From: Oligoflexales bacterium
GTDB taxonomy: Bacteria; Bdellovibrionota_B; Oligoflexia; Oligoflexales; CAIYRB01
NCBI GenBank assembly: GCA_041736175.1
Contig: JBGSUI010000264.1
Location: 1-58,251, forward strand
Length of the DNA stretch: 58,251 bases
Direction of reading: 5' to 3'
The notes beneath the pieces are model-generated. The model searched no databases. It was not told the origin of the DNA and was given only the letters and a program-made list of their open reading frames with translations. The translations under genes and the position numbers were made by a program. This document shows, one piece after another, positions 49,033 through 58,251 of this stretch (its first letter is position 1; every line of letters starts with the position of its first letter).

Positions 49033-52000
49033 TTATTTGTACTCCCAAACATAGATGCATCCAGCACCGCCAGCTCCGCCTGCATAATTCGTGGAACTCG
49101 TAGCATACCCCCCAGAACCAGCCCCCCCGCACTGGCCTCCCGAACCACCGGAGTGGGCGCTCGACCAGTAGCTGCCACCGTTCCCATAGGTGATTCCAAA
49201 ATCATGAGCATCAGCTGCAGCGCCTCCGTAACTTCCCTGAATGCCATTGCTACCGGCGACACTTAAGCATGAAGCGTCGCCACCTGAAATACCACCGGCT
49301 CCACCCAGTCCATTCGTTCCATGGAGTCCACCGCTCCCGCCATATGCCGTGAGCAATGCCCCAAATGTCGTCGCGCCTCCTGCTCCACCATCTCCCAGGG
49401 CTGCTGCACCTCCCGTCCCGCCTGTGCCAATGGCGACCGTGACCGAAGAAACACTTGTAACATCGATTTCCTTGATACAGATGGCACCAGAGCCACCACC
49501 CCCACCCGCTGATGCAGCGCTGTTGGTTCCCGCACCGCCGCCGCCACCCCCGATAGCGATGACTTTGACCTTTGTAACGCCAGTCGGCTTTGTCCAAGTA
49601 CCCGAAGCCTTGAAAGCTTGTCGGCCGGAAAGTAAGGGACCTGACGATGAGCCTGACGCGGCAGTCGTCTGGGTCGTTCCGTCCGGGAACTTGATGCCGC
49701 CGCTGGTGGACTCGATCAACCCAACAACAGATAGTGGACTCCCTGGAGAAGAAGTCCCAATGCCGACTTTTCCCGTCGAGGTAATAGCCATCACATTAGC
49801 CAGGGTATTGGCGGTCGATCCAGTTATTCCAGCAGGAGCTGTTTGAAATAGAATACTCCCAGAGCCACCTGTTCCCGTTCCATTGCCTGCCACCAAAGTA
49901 AGATGACTACCCGTGATATTGGTTCCACTGCCGCTGGTGTTTTTGAACAATGATGCAGTGATGACACCTGCGGAAAAATCCCCAGAAGCATCTCTTGCAA
50001 CAATGGCGCTAGCGGTATTTGTGCTCGCTGCGGTGGTGGCTGAATTGGCAACCTTTCCGGCTGTCGCTATTGTAGAAAGCTTGGTGTCTGCAATAGCCGC
50101 AGAAGCATTAATATCCCCATTGACAATAGTGCCATCTGTGATCTCAGTTGCAGAAATGGAGCTCAAAGTGGCCAAACTTCCGAGGCCAAGATTGGTGCGA
50201 GCATTGACCGCTGTGGTCGCTCCGGTACCGCCGTTGGCGAGAGGCAAAGCACCTGTCACGGCAGCCGATGTTGTCAGGTCGATGGCACCGAAAGTCGGTG
50301 CCCCTCCAGCCCCTGGAATCCGAAGGACTTGGTTGGCCGTGCCAGCGGCTGTTGTGGTCGGTGCTGCGCCTGCACCACCACCCAGCATCACTCCATTTGA
50401 GGTTAAAGCCCCTGAAGAGGCCAGCGTTGCGGCTGCCGAGAAGTATGGCAAACCACCCGATGTTCCACCCGTCAGGCCGGTTCCCCCGTTGCTCACGTCC
50501 AGTATGCCAGAGACCTCGCTGCCAAGGTTTACACTAGAGCCATTGGCAGCGGTAGTAAGGCGCCCCTGGGCGTCAACGGTGATATTGGCCCGGGTATAGG
50601 AGCCGGCTGTTACCGCGGTGTTGGCTAGATCGATGGTCCCTGCCCCGGTGATAGCCCCGCCATTTAAACCTGTGCCGGCGGTGACACTAGTAACACTACC
50701 GCTGTTTAGCGAAGTCCAGGAGAGCACACCACTGCCGCTGGTTGACAAGACCTGGCCGCTGCTACCATCGACGGCAGGTAGGGTCCAAATCCTGTTGGCA
50801 GCCAGGGTGTCTGGAGCCTTAAAGCCCACATAGTTGGCGCCGTTGGCGGCCAGTTCGTCAAAGCGCATTTCGCCAGTTTGTCCCGCACCCGTGTTAAAGG
50901 GCTTCACTTGCAGACCGTTCTGGAGGGCCGTGGTCACGGTACCGGCGTTGACAGTCGTCGCTGCGGAGATGGCTGCTTGTTTGTTATTAAAAGCTAAAAA
51001 ATCCGATGAGGCTAGGTAACCATCGGCACCACCGCTGGCTTGGCCTAAACCAAAAACGCCGGTCCCGCTGTTGTAAGTCAAAGGTGCCGTGATGCTTACG
51101 GCACCTCGGGCTGTGGTGTTAAAATCCGTCCAAGCCTTATCGCCGCGGTAAAACTGCGCCGTGGTTCCTGCCGTGATGGTGGGCTCTTTGCCCGAGAGAG
51201 CTGTGGTCAGGCCCGAGATTTTCGACTGGGCGATGGCCGCCGCAGAGTTGATGTCATCGTTGGTGATCGTGTCATCGGTGATGGTGCCACCCGTGCCACC
51301 GGCGACGGCAGAAGCGGTGGAAAGAGTACCTAAACCTAGAGTTGTTCTCTGGGCTGTGGCATCGGCGTCGTCGAGGATAGCTTTACCGGCCGTAGTAACC
51401 GTGTAGGTGCCCCAGGTGTTGGCACCGGTGCGTTCCACGCCGCCCGTTGTAGAGATGCCTTCGACAGCAGCTAGGTCGTCGCCTAGAGCTAAAGTGATGG
51501 ATCCTGAGGCGGTCACTGGACCACCGCTGACGGTGATCCCTGCGGCAGGGGCCGTGAGGTTGACGCTGGTCACCGTGCCGCTACCGCCAGCATTCATCCA
51601 GCTTAGGTTTCCAGTGCCATCGGTTCTTAGAATCTGACCATTAGACCCATCCGCATCTGGAAGTGTCCAAATCTTGCTGGCAGCCAAGGTGTCGGGAGCT
51701 TTAAAGCCCACATAGTTTGAGCCGTTTGCGGCCAGTTCGTCAAAGCGCACTTCGCCGGTTTGTCCTGCTCCTGTGCTAAAGGCCTTCACTTGCAGACCGT
51801 TCTGGAGGGCTGTCGTGATAGTCCCGCTACTTATGATCGAGCTGGCGGTAATCGTCGCCTGTTTAGCGGCGAGATCAGTGGTGAGTCCCGAGATTTTAGA
51901 CTGGGCAATGGCGGCAGAGGCGTTGATATCAGCATCGAGGATGGTTCCATCCGTGATATCGGCAGAGGCGATAGTCGACTTAGTGGCGAGCGAGCCTAGG

Positions 52001-52998
52001 CCGAGGTTGGTCCTCGCGGTGGTGGCGTTCGCTAAGTCTGAGAGGTTAGCACTGGCTAGCAAATCCCCGGATCCCGCGGGGGTGATCCAAGAGAGTGTCC
52101 CGGAGCCGTTTGTGCCTAGGAGCTGGCCGTTGCCACCATCTGTGGCAGGTAGGGTCCAGATGCGGTTGGTGGTGACCGTGGTCGGAGCCTTGAGGCCCAC
52201 ATAGTTGGAGTTGTCGGCGTCTCCTAAGCGGAGTTCGGTTTTGGTCGCAAGGGAGCCATTGGCTGCGATGTCCGTAGCGGTGATATTGCCTGCTGTGGTG
52301 ACTCCCCCGGAGCCGGAAAAGCTCGTGGAACCACCGATAGTTCCCGTGGTTATGGACGATCCCGAGACTTTTCCAGCGGTGGTGATCGGGGCCAGTTTTG
52401 AGTCGGCGATGGAGGCTGAAGGGCTGATGTCAGCGTTAGCGATCGAGCCGTCGGTGATTTGTGCCGAGGTGATCGAGGCATCAGCAGCGCTGCTCGCCTT
52501 GGTGTCAAGGAGGGAGCTAAGGCCCGAGACCTGGGAGATGCTAATGGACTCGATGGAGAGCTTGCCGTCAGCGTTATAAAATAGCTGGCTGGTGTCGACT
52601 GGGATCTTAAGAGCCATGGGAGTCGCAAAGAATTTCTGGCGGGAGTAGACGGCTTCCTTGGCTTCGACTTCGATATAGACCAGTTTATCTGGATCCCCAA
52701 AGATCTGCTGGGTCTGAGCCGGAGTCAGACTGAGGTTGACTTGAAAGACTCCGTCCAAGAGGGTGGTGTCGGCAAACTCCACCTGGGGTCCGATCGGGTT
52801 TCCCCCGGCTTCCTGGTGGTAAAAACGGATCTTAAGATGGACCGGGCCTTCCACGGACTTGCCGCTATCTTCAGTCAGACGACCTCCGTAGGAGAGTTCC
52901 GCTGCATGGCTGGTGTCAGGGATCGCCAAGCTGATGGCACAGACCGTCCACAAGACCGAAGTCAAGAGTTTGTGTAGTTCATGTCGTTTTTTAAACAT
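49033..52998 (-). CDS. Secreted mosaic phage-tail-fibre-like adhesin (Bdellovibrio MAT-like) with Gly-rich C-terminal domain
   Basis: Signal peptide ending SHA; LSYGGRL..G..VEGPV.L..RFY N-terminal domain; repeats NYVGFKAP, ARTNLGLG, ITDGTI, GKVGIGT; GTWTKPTGVTKVKVIAIGGGGGG tip domain. Confidence 0.82.
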   Translation of the reverse strand: MFKKRHELHKLLTSVLWTVCAISLAIPDTSHAAELSYGGRLTEDSGKSVEGPVHLKIRFYHQEAGGNPIGPQVEFADTTLLDGVFQVNLSLTPAQTQQIFGDPDKLVYIEVEAKEAVYSRQKFFATPMALKIPVDTSQLFYNADGKLSIESISISQVSGLSSLLDTKASSAADASITSAQITDGSIANADISPSASIADSKLAPITTAGKVSGSSITTGTIGGSTSFSGSGGVTTAGNITATDIAANGSLATKTELRLGDADNSNYVGLKAPTTVTTNRIWTLPATDGGNGQLLGTNGSGTLSWITPAGSGDLLASANLSDLANATTARTNLGLGSLATKSTIASADITDGTILDADINASAAIAQSKISGLTTDLAAKQATITASSIISSGTITTALQNGLQVKAFSTGAGQTGEVRFDELAANGSNYVGFKAPDTLAASKIWTLPDADGSNGQILRTDGTGNLSWMNAGGSGTVTSVNLTAPAAGITVSGGPVTASGSITLALGDDLAAVEGISTTGGVERTGANTWGTYTVTTAGKAILDDADATAQRTTLGLGTLSTASAVAGGTGGTITDDTITNDDINSAAAIAQSKISGLTTALSGKEPTITAGTTAQFYRGDKAWTDFNTTARGAVSITAPLTYNSGTGVFGLGQASGGADGYLASSDFLAFNNKQAAISAATTVNAGTVTTALQNGLQVKPFNTGAGQTGEMRFDELAANGANYVGFKAPDTLAANRIWTLPAVDGSSGQVLSTSGSGVLSWTSLNSGSVTSVTAGTGLNGGAITGAGTIDLANTAVTAGSYTRANITVDAQGRLTTAANGSSVNLGSEVSGILDVSNGGTGLTGGTSGGLPYFSAAATLASSGALTSNGVMLGGGAGAAPTTTAAGTANQVLRIPGAGGAPTFGAIDLTTSAAVTGALPLANGGTGATTAVNARTNLGLGSLATLSSISATEITDGTIVNGDINASAAIADTKLSTIATAGKVANSATTAASTNTASAIVARDASGDFSAGVITASLFKNTSGSGTNITGSHLTLVAGNGTGTGGSGSILFQTAPAGITGSTANTLANVMAITSTGKVGIGTSSPGSPLSVVGLIESTSGGIKFPDGTTQTTAASGSSSGPLLSGRQAFKASGTWTKPTGVTKVKVIAIGGGGGGAGTNSAASAGGGGGSGAICIKEIDVTSVSSVTVAIGTGGTGGAAALGDGGAGGATTFGALLTAYGGSGGLHGTNGLGGAGGISGGDASCLSVAGSNGIQGSYGGAAADAHDFGITYGNGGSYWSSAHSGGSGGQCGGAGSGGYATSSTNYAGGAGGAGCIYVWEYK

Positions 52999-53062
52999 TG
53001 TGATCCCTCTTTCATATCGAAAAGTCAATTGGGGTTTTAACTGTGCCCCGTTGTTTAGAACA

Positions 53063-53089
53063 CCATCGGTCAGTTTTGGTGAGAGTTGA
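53063..53089 (-). promoter_or_regulatory. sigma28-like promoter of the fibre gene
   Basis: Minus strand TCAA-N15-ACCGATGG. Confidence 0.55.
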
Positions 53090-53634
53090 CAAAGTGGTCA
53101 AATATTCAGTGGTTTAGGAATGTTATGGGGAAGTAATAGCGGAGGCATCGAGACGGCATGATTGGGTTTTTTAGGACGAGGGGGTGTTGAGTCGGGGGGG
53201 GTAAAAATTGTAGCGTCCTCGGCCCCACGGCTGGCCAAAAGTCACACCTAGACCACCTTTAATCTTGCTGGCGACTTTGGATGCCGTGGCATGTCGACAC
53301 TTGCTAACACAGCCTCAAACAACGAGGCTCAGCCCCGAAGAAGCGGCCCGCAGCCGAGGTTTTTGCTTCGTGTGTGAGTTGATCTAGGACGCCGCCAGCT
53401 TTAAACTCTGTGGCTGTGAGCATGGCAGAGTGGGCACGTGGGGAGCGCTGATTCCCATATCGAGTATTGGCAAAAGCTCGATGCGCACATTGAGATATGT
53501 GTGGTTTGGAAATTTGCTGACGATCCTTGGCGCTATTTAGGTGGAATTGTTTCCCACCTTCGCGCGGCATCCCCATAATGCGATCAACAACACAAAAATA
53601 ACGTGTTTGGTGTTCCTTTGAAAGAAAAGTATCA

Positions 53635-53725
53635 TGGTTTTACGAAGCCAATTTTTTGGTTTTTGCGCCTGATTTTCCCTTGTCTTCGAGCAAAGCGGCA
53701 ATCCTGGGATCATCGGGAGTAGAGA
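53635..53725 (-). repeat. Direct repeat B (functional 3' end of the response regulator gene)
   Basis: 85/91 identical to 47949-48039. Confidence 0.95.
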
Positions 53726-55787
53726 CCTGAAAAATCTTGTAACAGCAGTAGTCACCGGGGGATAACTCTTGTTGGAGAAAGAACATAGGACCAGTCTCTG
53801 CGGGGTCCCCTTCAGCACTGATTGTGCCTGCTTTAAGTCCAGCGGTATCGGTTGTTTTAAGAACCATGGGTTCACCCTTAGCAATAGCTTGATCCACACG
53901 CTCCTCAAGAGATTTGATTTTGGCGGTGACCCCATCGGGCGGCATACGCAAGGCAAGCTTAAGGGTTTGAGAAGCCTCCTGCTCCATCCCTCCAACCTTG
54001 ATGAGGGCAAGGGCCATATTGTAAAGGATCGTAGGTGCAAAATGCTTCATAGACTTAGGCATGGATTTTAACGCTTTTTGGTAAAGTTTCACGCTTTGTT
54101 TGACTTGGCCTTGGGCTGTAAGCCCTACAGCACGATTGTTGAGAAAAGCGACGAGTTCTCCCTGGCCTTCTATATGCTTCATAACGGACTTTAGGCGACT
54201 TTCATCGGCAGAAACCACGGCAATCTTTCCAATGCTCGATTGAATAACGGCAGCATCAGCATCGATTTTTTGAGCACTCTCAATCAATTTGTCAGCCTCT
54301 GCAAGATTGTTGAGTTCGGCTTTGACTTCGGCTAGCTGGCAAAGCCTTTCGATATTACCCGGTGACAGGCCTTCAGCCTTAGCGAAGAACTGTTCAGCCT
54401 TTTTGTGGTGTTTAAGTTTGAGGTTGATCTTACCCAGGAGATTAAGGACCAAGGTGTCTTCGCCGTTTAAATGGAGTGCCTCAGTGGCAAAGCCCTCCGC
54501 TTCTTGGAGGCGTCCATCAGCATAGGCAATCTCTGCAGCAAGAATGGTGACGACCTTATGGGGGCCTTTACCGTCACTAAAGTGGGTTTCATAGAGATGC
54601 TTGGCTGCCCGGATATTTTGGGCCTGGAGCGCCTTACGGATTCTTAGCTCGGTCGCTTTTTCGCCACGAGGCCGCTTTTCTTCTTCGATCACCTGCATGA
54701 TCAGGGCCATAAGCTTTTTTTCACTAAGGGGTTTGGTGATGACTTCGGAAACCCCCATCTCCCGCAAGATATACCGGTCGTTGCTTTTGACCAGACTGCT
54801 AAACACAATGATCGGCACCGTCTTAAATCCCATAAGGCGGACTCGCTGCACAAATCGGTCACCACTCACCTTGGGCAGGCGCCATTCTTGGACAATCAAA
54901 TCAGGTTCAGGTTGGCCCTTTAGGGCTGCTAAGGCTTCCTCGCCATCAGCAAATCCCGAAATATCGGTGACGCCCATGTCCCTTAAGGATTTTTCCACGA
55001 GGTTACGCCCTGATGCATCTGGATCCACGAGGACGCAGCGGCCAATGTCCCAAGTTTGGGCAAAGGAAGCAGGATCTTTGGCGCCGGAGTTTTGTGCTGA
55101 AAGGGCTTTTTGAGATAGATCTTCGACCTTTTTTTGGTTTTTTTCTGAAAAAGCACCAGCTTTATTTAGGACAGCTAAAGCTAGCTGGGATTTGTTGGAG
55201 TCGATCAGAACGGTGACCATTTCGATTAGAAGTGGCTCTTGGGCTTCGGGAAACAGGGACAGCAGTGAGCGTTCAAGCTTGAGTTGGGTGTCTGTTGTAT
55301 CTCCATGTCTACGGTCATTTTTAAGCAGATCTCGCAGATAGGAACCTGCAATTAATGGTTCCCGCCATTTCCACTCATCTCCACGAACAAGGAGGTGTTG
55401 AAAAGACTGTTTTGTCGACGTTATATCATCAGTCTTGAGGTGGCAGGAAAACAGGCCAAGTTCAAAGGCCTTTATGAGGCACCATTCGAGGTTTTTCTCA
55501 TAGACAAGGCTGACGAGGCAGCTGGAAAGTTCTGGTTGCTTTATAACATGGATCAAAAATCGCAGAATGTTTAAAGATTGGTCCGCAAAAGGCGACGTGA
55601 TGACCCAGTCAGGAGTCACGCCGGTTTGCTCTATAAAGAGCTGGCCTTCTTGGAGGCTAGCAGCCGATTTAACGCCCTTAAATCCCAGTGATTTAAGTGC
55701 CTCAACCATGCCAAACCGGCGTGTAGAGAGGCCCTCGATCACCAAAATTTGAGCGCTCCGATTTTCTATCTTATGAGCCATTCCCAC
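53640..55787 (-). CDS. Dual atypical receiver-domain + TPR protein
   Basis: Degenerate N-terminal REC; second REC LVDPD...PDLIVQEWRLPKVSG...ITKP; C-terminal TPR helices. Confidence 0.85.
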   Translation of the reverse strand: MGMAHKIENRSAQILVIEGLSTRRFGMVEALKSLGFKGVKSAASLQEGQLFIEQTGVTPDWVITSPFADQSLNILRFLIHVIKQPELSSCLVSLVYEKNLEWCLIKAFELGLFSCHLKTDDITSTKQSFQHLLVRGDEWKWREPLIAGSYLRDLLKNDRRHGDTTDTQLKLERSLLSLFPEAQEPLLIEMVTVLIDSNKSQLALAVLNKAGAFSEKNQKKVEDLSQKALSAQNSGAKDPASFAQTWDIGRCVLVDPDASGRNLVEKSLRDMGVTDISGFADGEEALAALKGQPEPDLIVQEWRLPKVSGDRFVQRVRLMGFKTVPIIVFSSLVKSNDRYILREMGVSEVITKPLSEKKLMALIMQVIEEEKRPRGEKATELRIRKALQAQNIRAAKHLYETHFSDGKGPHKVVTILAAEIAYADGRLQEAEGFATEALHLNGEDTLVLNLLGKINLKLKHHKKAEQFFAKAEGLSPGNIERLCQLAEVKAELNNLAEADKLIESAQKIDADAAVIQSSIGKIAVVSADESRLKSVMKHIEGQGELVAFLNNRAVGLTAQGQVKQSVKLYQKALKSMPKSMKHFAPTILYNMALALIKVGGMEQEASQTLKLALRMPPDGVTAKIKSLEERVDQAIAKGEPMVLKTTDTAGLKAGTISAEGDPAETGPMFFLQQELSPGDYCCYKIFQVSTPDDPRIAALLEDKGKSGAKTKKLAS

Positions 55788-55798
55788 CTCAAAGTCCT

Positions 55799-55826
55799 GT
55801 ATCGGTCAGTGAGGTGAGTTTCTTTA
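55799..55826 (-). promoter_or_regulatory. sigma28-like promoter
   Basis: Minus strand TAAA-N16-ACCGATAC, immediately upstream of the regulator. Confidence 0.55.
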
Positions 55827-55846
55827 TAGACTCCATTTTCTAATGG

Positions 55847-58024
55847 TTAGTCGACCCAAACATGGCTGATAGGTGATTTCACAAGGTTTCCCATCGCATC
55901 TTCGCTTTCCATATAATAATCCACCAGGACTTTTGAGAATCCTTGGATCTTAGCCCAGTAGAGGTCAGCGAGTTCTGATGCTTGGATAAAGTAATTAAGA
56001 CCTTGTTGGGGTGGCTGGCCACGCTCTGCAGGATCAAAGCTTCGTCTCGTCATGGGGACGGGCTTCCAGGGTGACACCTCAGGCCCTCCTCTGTAGAGGA
56101 GATGATCTCCTAGGGGGGAGGTCCTCCCGGTTAGGCTTTGTCTCACATAAACTTTTGCCGATTTGACTCCCGAAATATCGTGGGCTAGGGTCCAAACATA
56201 AAAATCACGGGAATGGGGCTCAGCTCCCCTAAATCCAATGGGGCGCCAGCGAGTCGTCATACCCCAGCCCTTACCCCCTGGGTTGTAAGGCCACCGTTGT
56301 AGCTTTAGAAAGGATGGAGGAGTTTGGTCCGCAATTAAAGGGTCTTTTTGCTGGGACTGTTCGTTGTTAAAGATAAGCTTTGCCTGGGACTTGGCATGGA
56401 CCAGTGCCAGGCCTGGTTTGACTTCGTCGTCTAGGGCGTCCCCATAGTAGGTAAAGCCACTGTCTAGGCCTGCAAGGTAATAATGCCAGCACATTTCGGC
56501 AGGATTTGCTGCGATCGGTTGCAAGATTTGGCTTATGCGTACTTTATCAGTACCAAAGATCTGTTCTGCGGTTTCACAGTTATTTGCTCCAGCAATGATT
56601 GCAGACCAGCTTTTAAGGGATGCGGAAAATCCCTTTTCAATATCCACATAGGATTTGGGGTCGGTCTCTTTGTACTGGGGATCGCTGGGAGAACGCATGG
56701 GGGGGAAGAGCCACTTCGCAAAGGCAGGGCCACCAAAATCTCCTTCGGGATTGACCCAGGATCCATCCTCGACGTGAACCTGAGCATCGAGGGGCACAGG
56801 ATTCTGTTTAAGGTAAGAAGCTACGGTGGTCATCTGATAGCCTCTCGCAGTCGCTGCTTGGGCGAACTGGGGAACTGACTCAAAATAATAGCTATAGCCA
56901 CCACCCCAGGCGTTATCGCCATCGTGGGCCATGACGACTAAAAGCGGTCTTGAGGTCTCCTTTGCAAAGGGCGCCAGAAAGCGATCGATGCTATCCGTCC
57001 CCATGGTTCCGTAGCCATCTTGGTATCCAAGGATATCGTCGGCAGGGACGATGATAAGGGACTCTTGGTTTCCAGAGCTTGGGTCAGTATAGATGGCGTG
57101 GTGGGGCATATAAGCGAGGGGGACCGGTAGCGTTGCACCGCGGCCATCCAGAGTTCCCGACCACCACTGGGGCTTTGGGACCGCCGGGTTTTGTAGGTCA
57201 GATTTGTTTGGTGGATCGGTATTCCATGTGCTGCTGGAGGGTTCAGGAGCAACTTCGAGATAGTTGGCGGTCGCCCGGGCGATATGATGGGCTGGTACAA
57301 AACTCCATTGATACCCAGCGGCTTTCAGTTCTGGAATCATCTCTTTGCTAAACGCTAGCTCAGGGGGGAAAAACCCTTGGCTGACGCGGCCCCATTGCTG
57401 ACGTTGCGTTTCTTGTTGGAGCAGGAGTTCTTTGCGAAAAACAGCTCTTGGTAGCAGGGGAGCCAGGCCGTGGTGGAAGGTGATGCCCACAAGGTCTGCT
57501 CGAGGCTGGCCCTGCTGGGTGGTCATGCGGCTGGCGTCTTGATAACCCTGGGCCCAGTGGTGCCTATAGCCATAGGTTTGGGATTCACCAAATGATTTAA
57601 TGTTTTCAATCAGGGAGCCGGTATATGAGATTTGGACTCCTGCATTTGGGTAGACGGATAAAGCTTTAAGAGAATCGAAGCCTCTTTCTTGGTAGATTCT
57701 TACCCGGTCCTCTTTTGTAAAGACGGGGTCATAGGCGCCCACATCACCTTCCGCGAGTCTGTTTTCGGGGTGGGGCACAGGACTGCCTGGATAGAGTCCG
57801 CCCCCTTGAGCTTTGTTTTGGATGGATTGCAGCGCTGTTTGCACGGGGCCGCCGGGTTTTAATGGTGCGGGCCAATAGAGAGGTTGGTGCAGGTGCCAGT
57901 GATAAGTGATATGGACCTTTGAATCAGCGGTGGATCCCAACAGGGGGTTTATGCCTGAAAGACTCAACGGTCCTAAAATCAAATATGTGAGTTTCCATGG
58001 TCCTAAGCATTTCGTCATCGTCAT
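55847..58024 (-). CDS. Secreted GH57/GH119-like alpha-glucan hydrolase
   Basis: HWHLHQP, FFPPELAFS (nucleophile E), AHDGDNAWGGG (acid/base D), GSW motifs; N-terminal signal-like segment. Confidence 0.78.
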   Translation of the reverse strand: MTMTKCLGPWKLTYLILGPLSLSGINPLLGSTADSKVHITYHWHLHQPLYWPAPLKPGGPVQTALQSIQNKAQGGGLYPGSPVPHPENRLAEGDVGAYDPVFTKEDRVRIYQERGFDSLKALSVYPNAGVQISYTGSLIENIKSFGESQTYGYRHHWAQGYQDASRMTTQQGQPRADLVGITFHHGLAPLLPRAVFRKELLLQQETQRQQWGRVSQGFFPPELAFSKEMIPELKAAGYQWSFVPAHHIARATANYLEVAPEPSSSTWNTDPPNKSDLQNPAVPKPQWWSGTLDGRGATLPVPLAYMPHHAIYTDPSSGNQESLIIVPADDILGYQDGYGTMGTDSIDRFLAPFAKETSRPLLVVMAHDGDNAWGGGYSYYFESVPQFAQAATARGYQMTTVASYLKQNPVPLDAQVHVEDGSWVNPEGDFGGPAFAKWLFPPMRSPSDPQYKETDPKSYVDIEKGFSASLKSWSAIIAGANNCETAEQIFGTDKVRISQILQPIAANPAEMCWHYYLAGLDSGFTYYGDALDDEVKPGLALVHAKSQAKLIFNNEQSQQKDPLIADQTPPSFLKLQRWPYNPGGKGWGMTTRWRPIGFRGAEPHSRDFYVWTLAHDISGVKSAKVYVRQSLTGRTSPLGDHLLYRGGPEVSPWKPVPMTRRSFDPAERGQPPQQGLNYFIQASELADLYWAKIQGFSKVLVDYYMESEDAMGNLVKSPISHVWVD

Positions 58025-58251
58025 ATCCTTGATCAGTCGGGTTCCAAGAGGTTGCAGAAGGGAGTTTATATCATGAATCCAACTATAGATCTACCTCTCG
58101 CACTTTAGGGACAGCTCCGGCTGAAAGTTTCTTTGGCCCATCCAAATACCACTGAAAATCAAGTATTGTGATGATTTTTGCTGCTAATTCTATTTTCGCA
58201 CCCTATCTGTAACGATTTGAATTGACATAAAAAAATGCCAGATTAATTATC

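Noticed and set aside
50780..51820. Fibre internal repeats as a TR/VR pair
   Set aside because: Both copies are in-frame coding and differ mostly at synonymous positions.
53304..53390. Integron attC site
   Set aside because: It begins with CTAAC but has no properly paired GTTRRRY end, no cassette array and no integrase.
47949..53725. Diversity-generating retroelement (RT + repeat pair + tail fibre)
   Set aside because: The six mismatches are not confined to adenines of either copy on either strand. The repeat lies in the regulator, not the fibre. The RT is group II intron-type with intron RNA upstream and lacks YADD.

Overview
58-kb bacterial chromosomal window. A Bdellovibrionota (Oligoflexia-like) origin is inferred from the TIGR02147 regulator, a mosaic fibre adhesin, many orphan lipoproteins and sigma28/sigma54 promoter motifs; this was not verified. 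The left edge holds an IS200/IS605-family OMEGA element missed by the ORF track: iscB, truncated by the window edge, plus its omega RNA. It is inserted exactly at the 3' end of an AbrB/MazE-type antitoxin gene, apparently splitting off the toxin. Housekeeping genes include an lptE-like gene, mltD, terC, metH, maf, purD, pdxA, a uvrA-like gene and trmN6. A candidate defence hotspot at 15.3-24.1 kb carries three AAA-wHTH-PD-(D/E)XK ATPases with patterned operator arrays, a DUF433/PIN toxin-antitoxin pair and gene scars. A divergent six-gene succinate/4-hydroxybutyrate cluster (sucD, 4hbD, cat2, abfD, cat1, hbd) lies at 39.3-47.9 kb. Two integrase-free segments of 5.7-5.9 kb are each bracketed by imperfect direct repeats of 93-94% identity. 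The second carries a frameshifted, truncated group II intron RT and a 1.3-kaa fibre adhesin. All calls come from reading the sequence and recalled motifs; no database searches were run.
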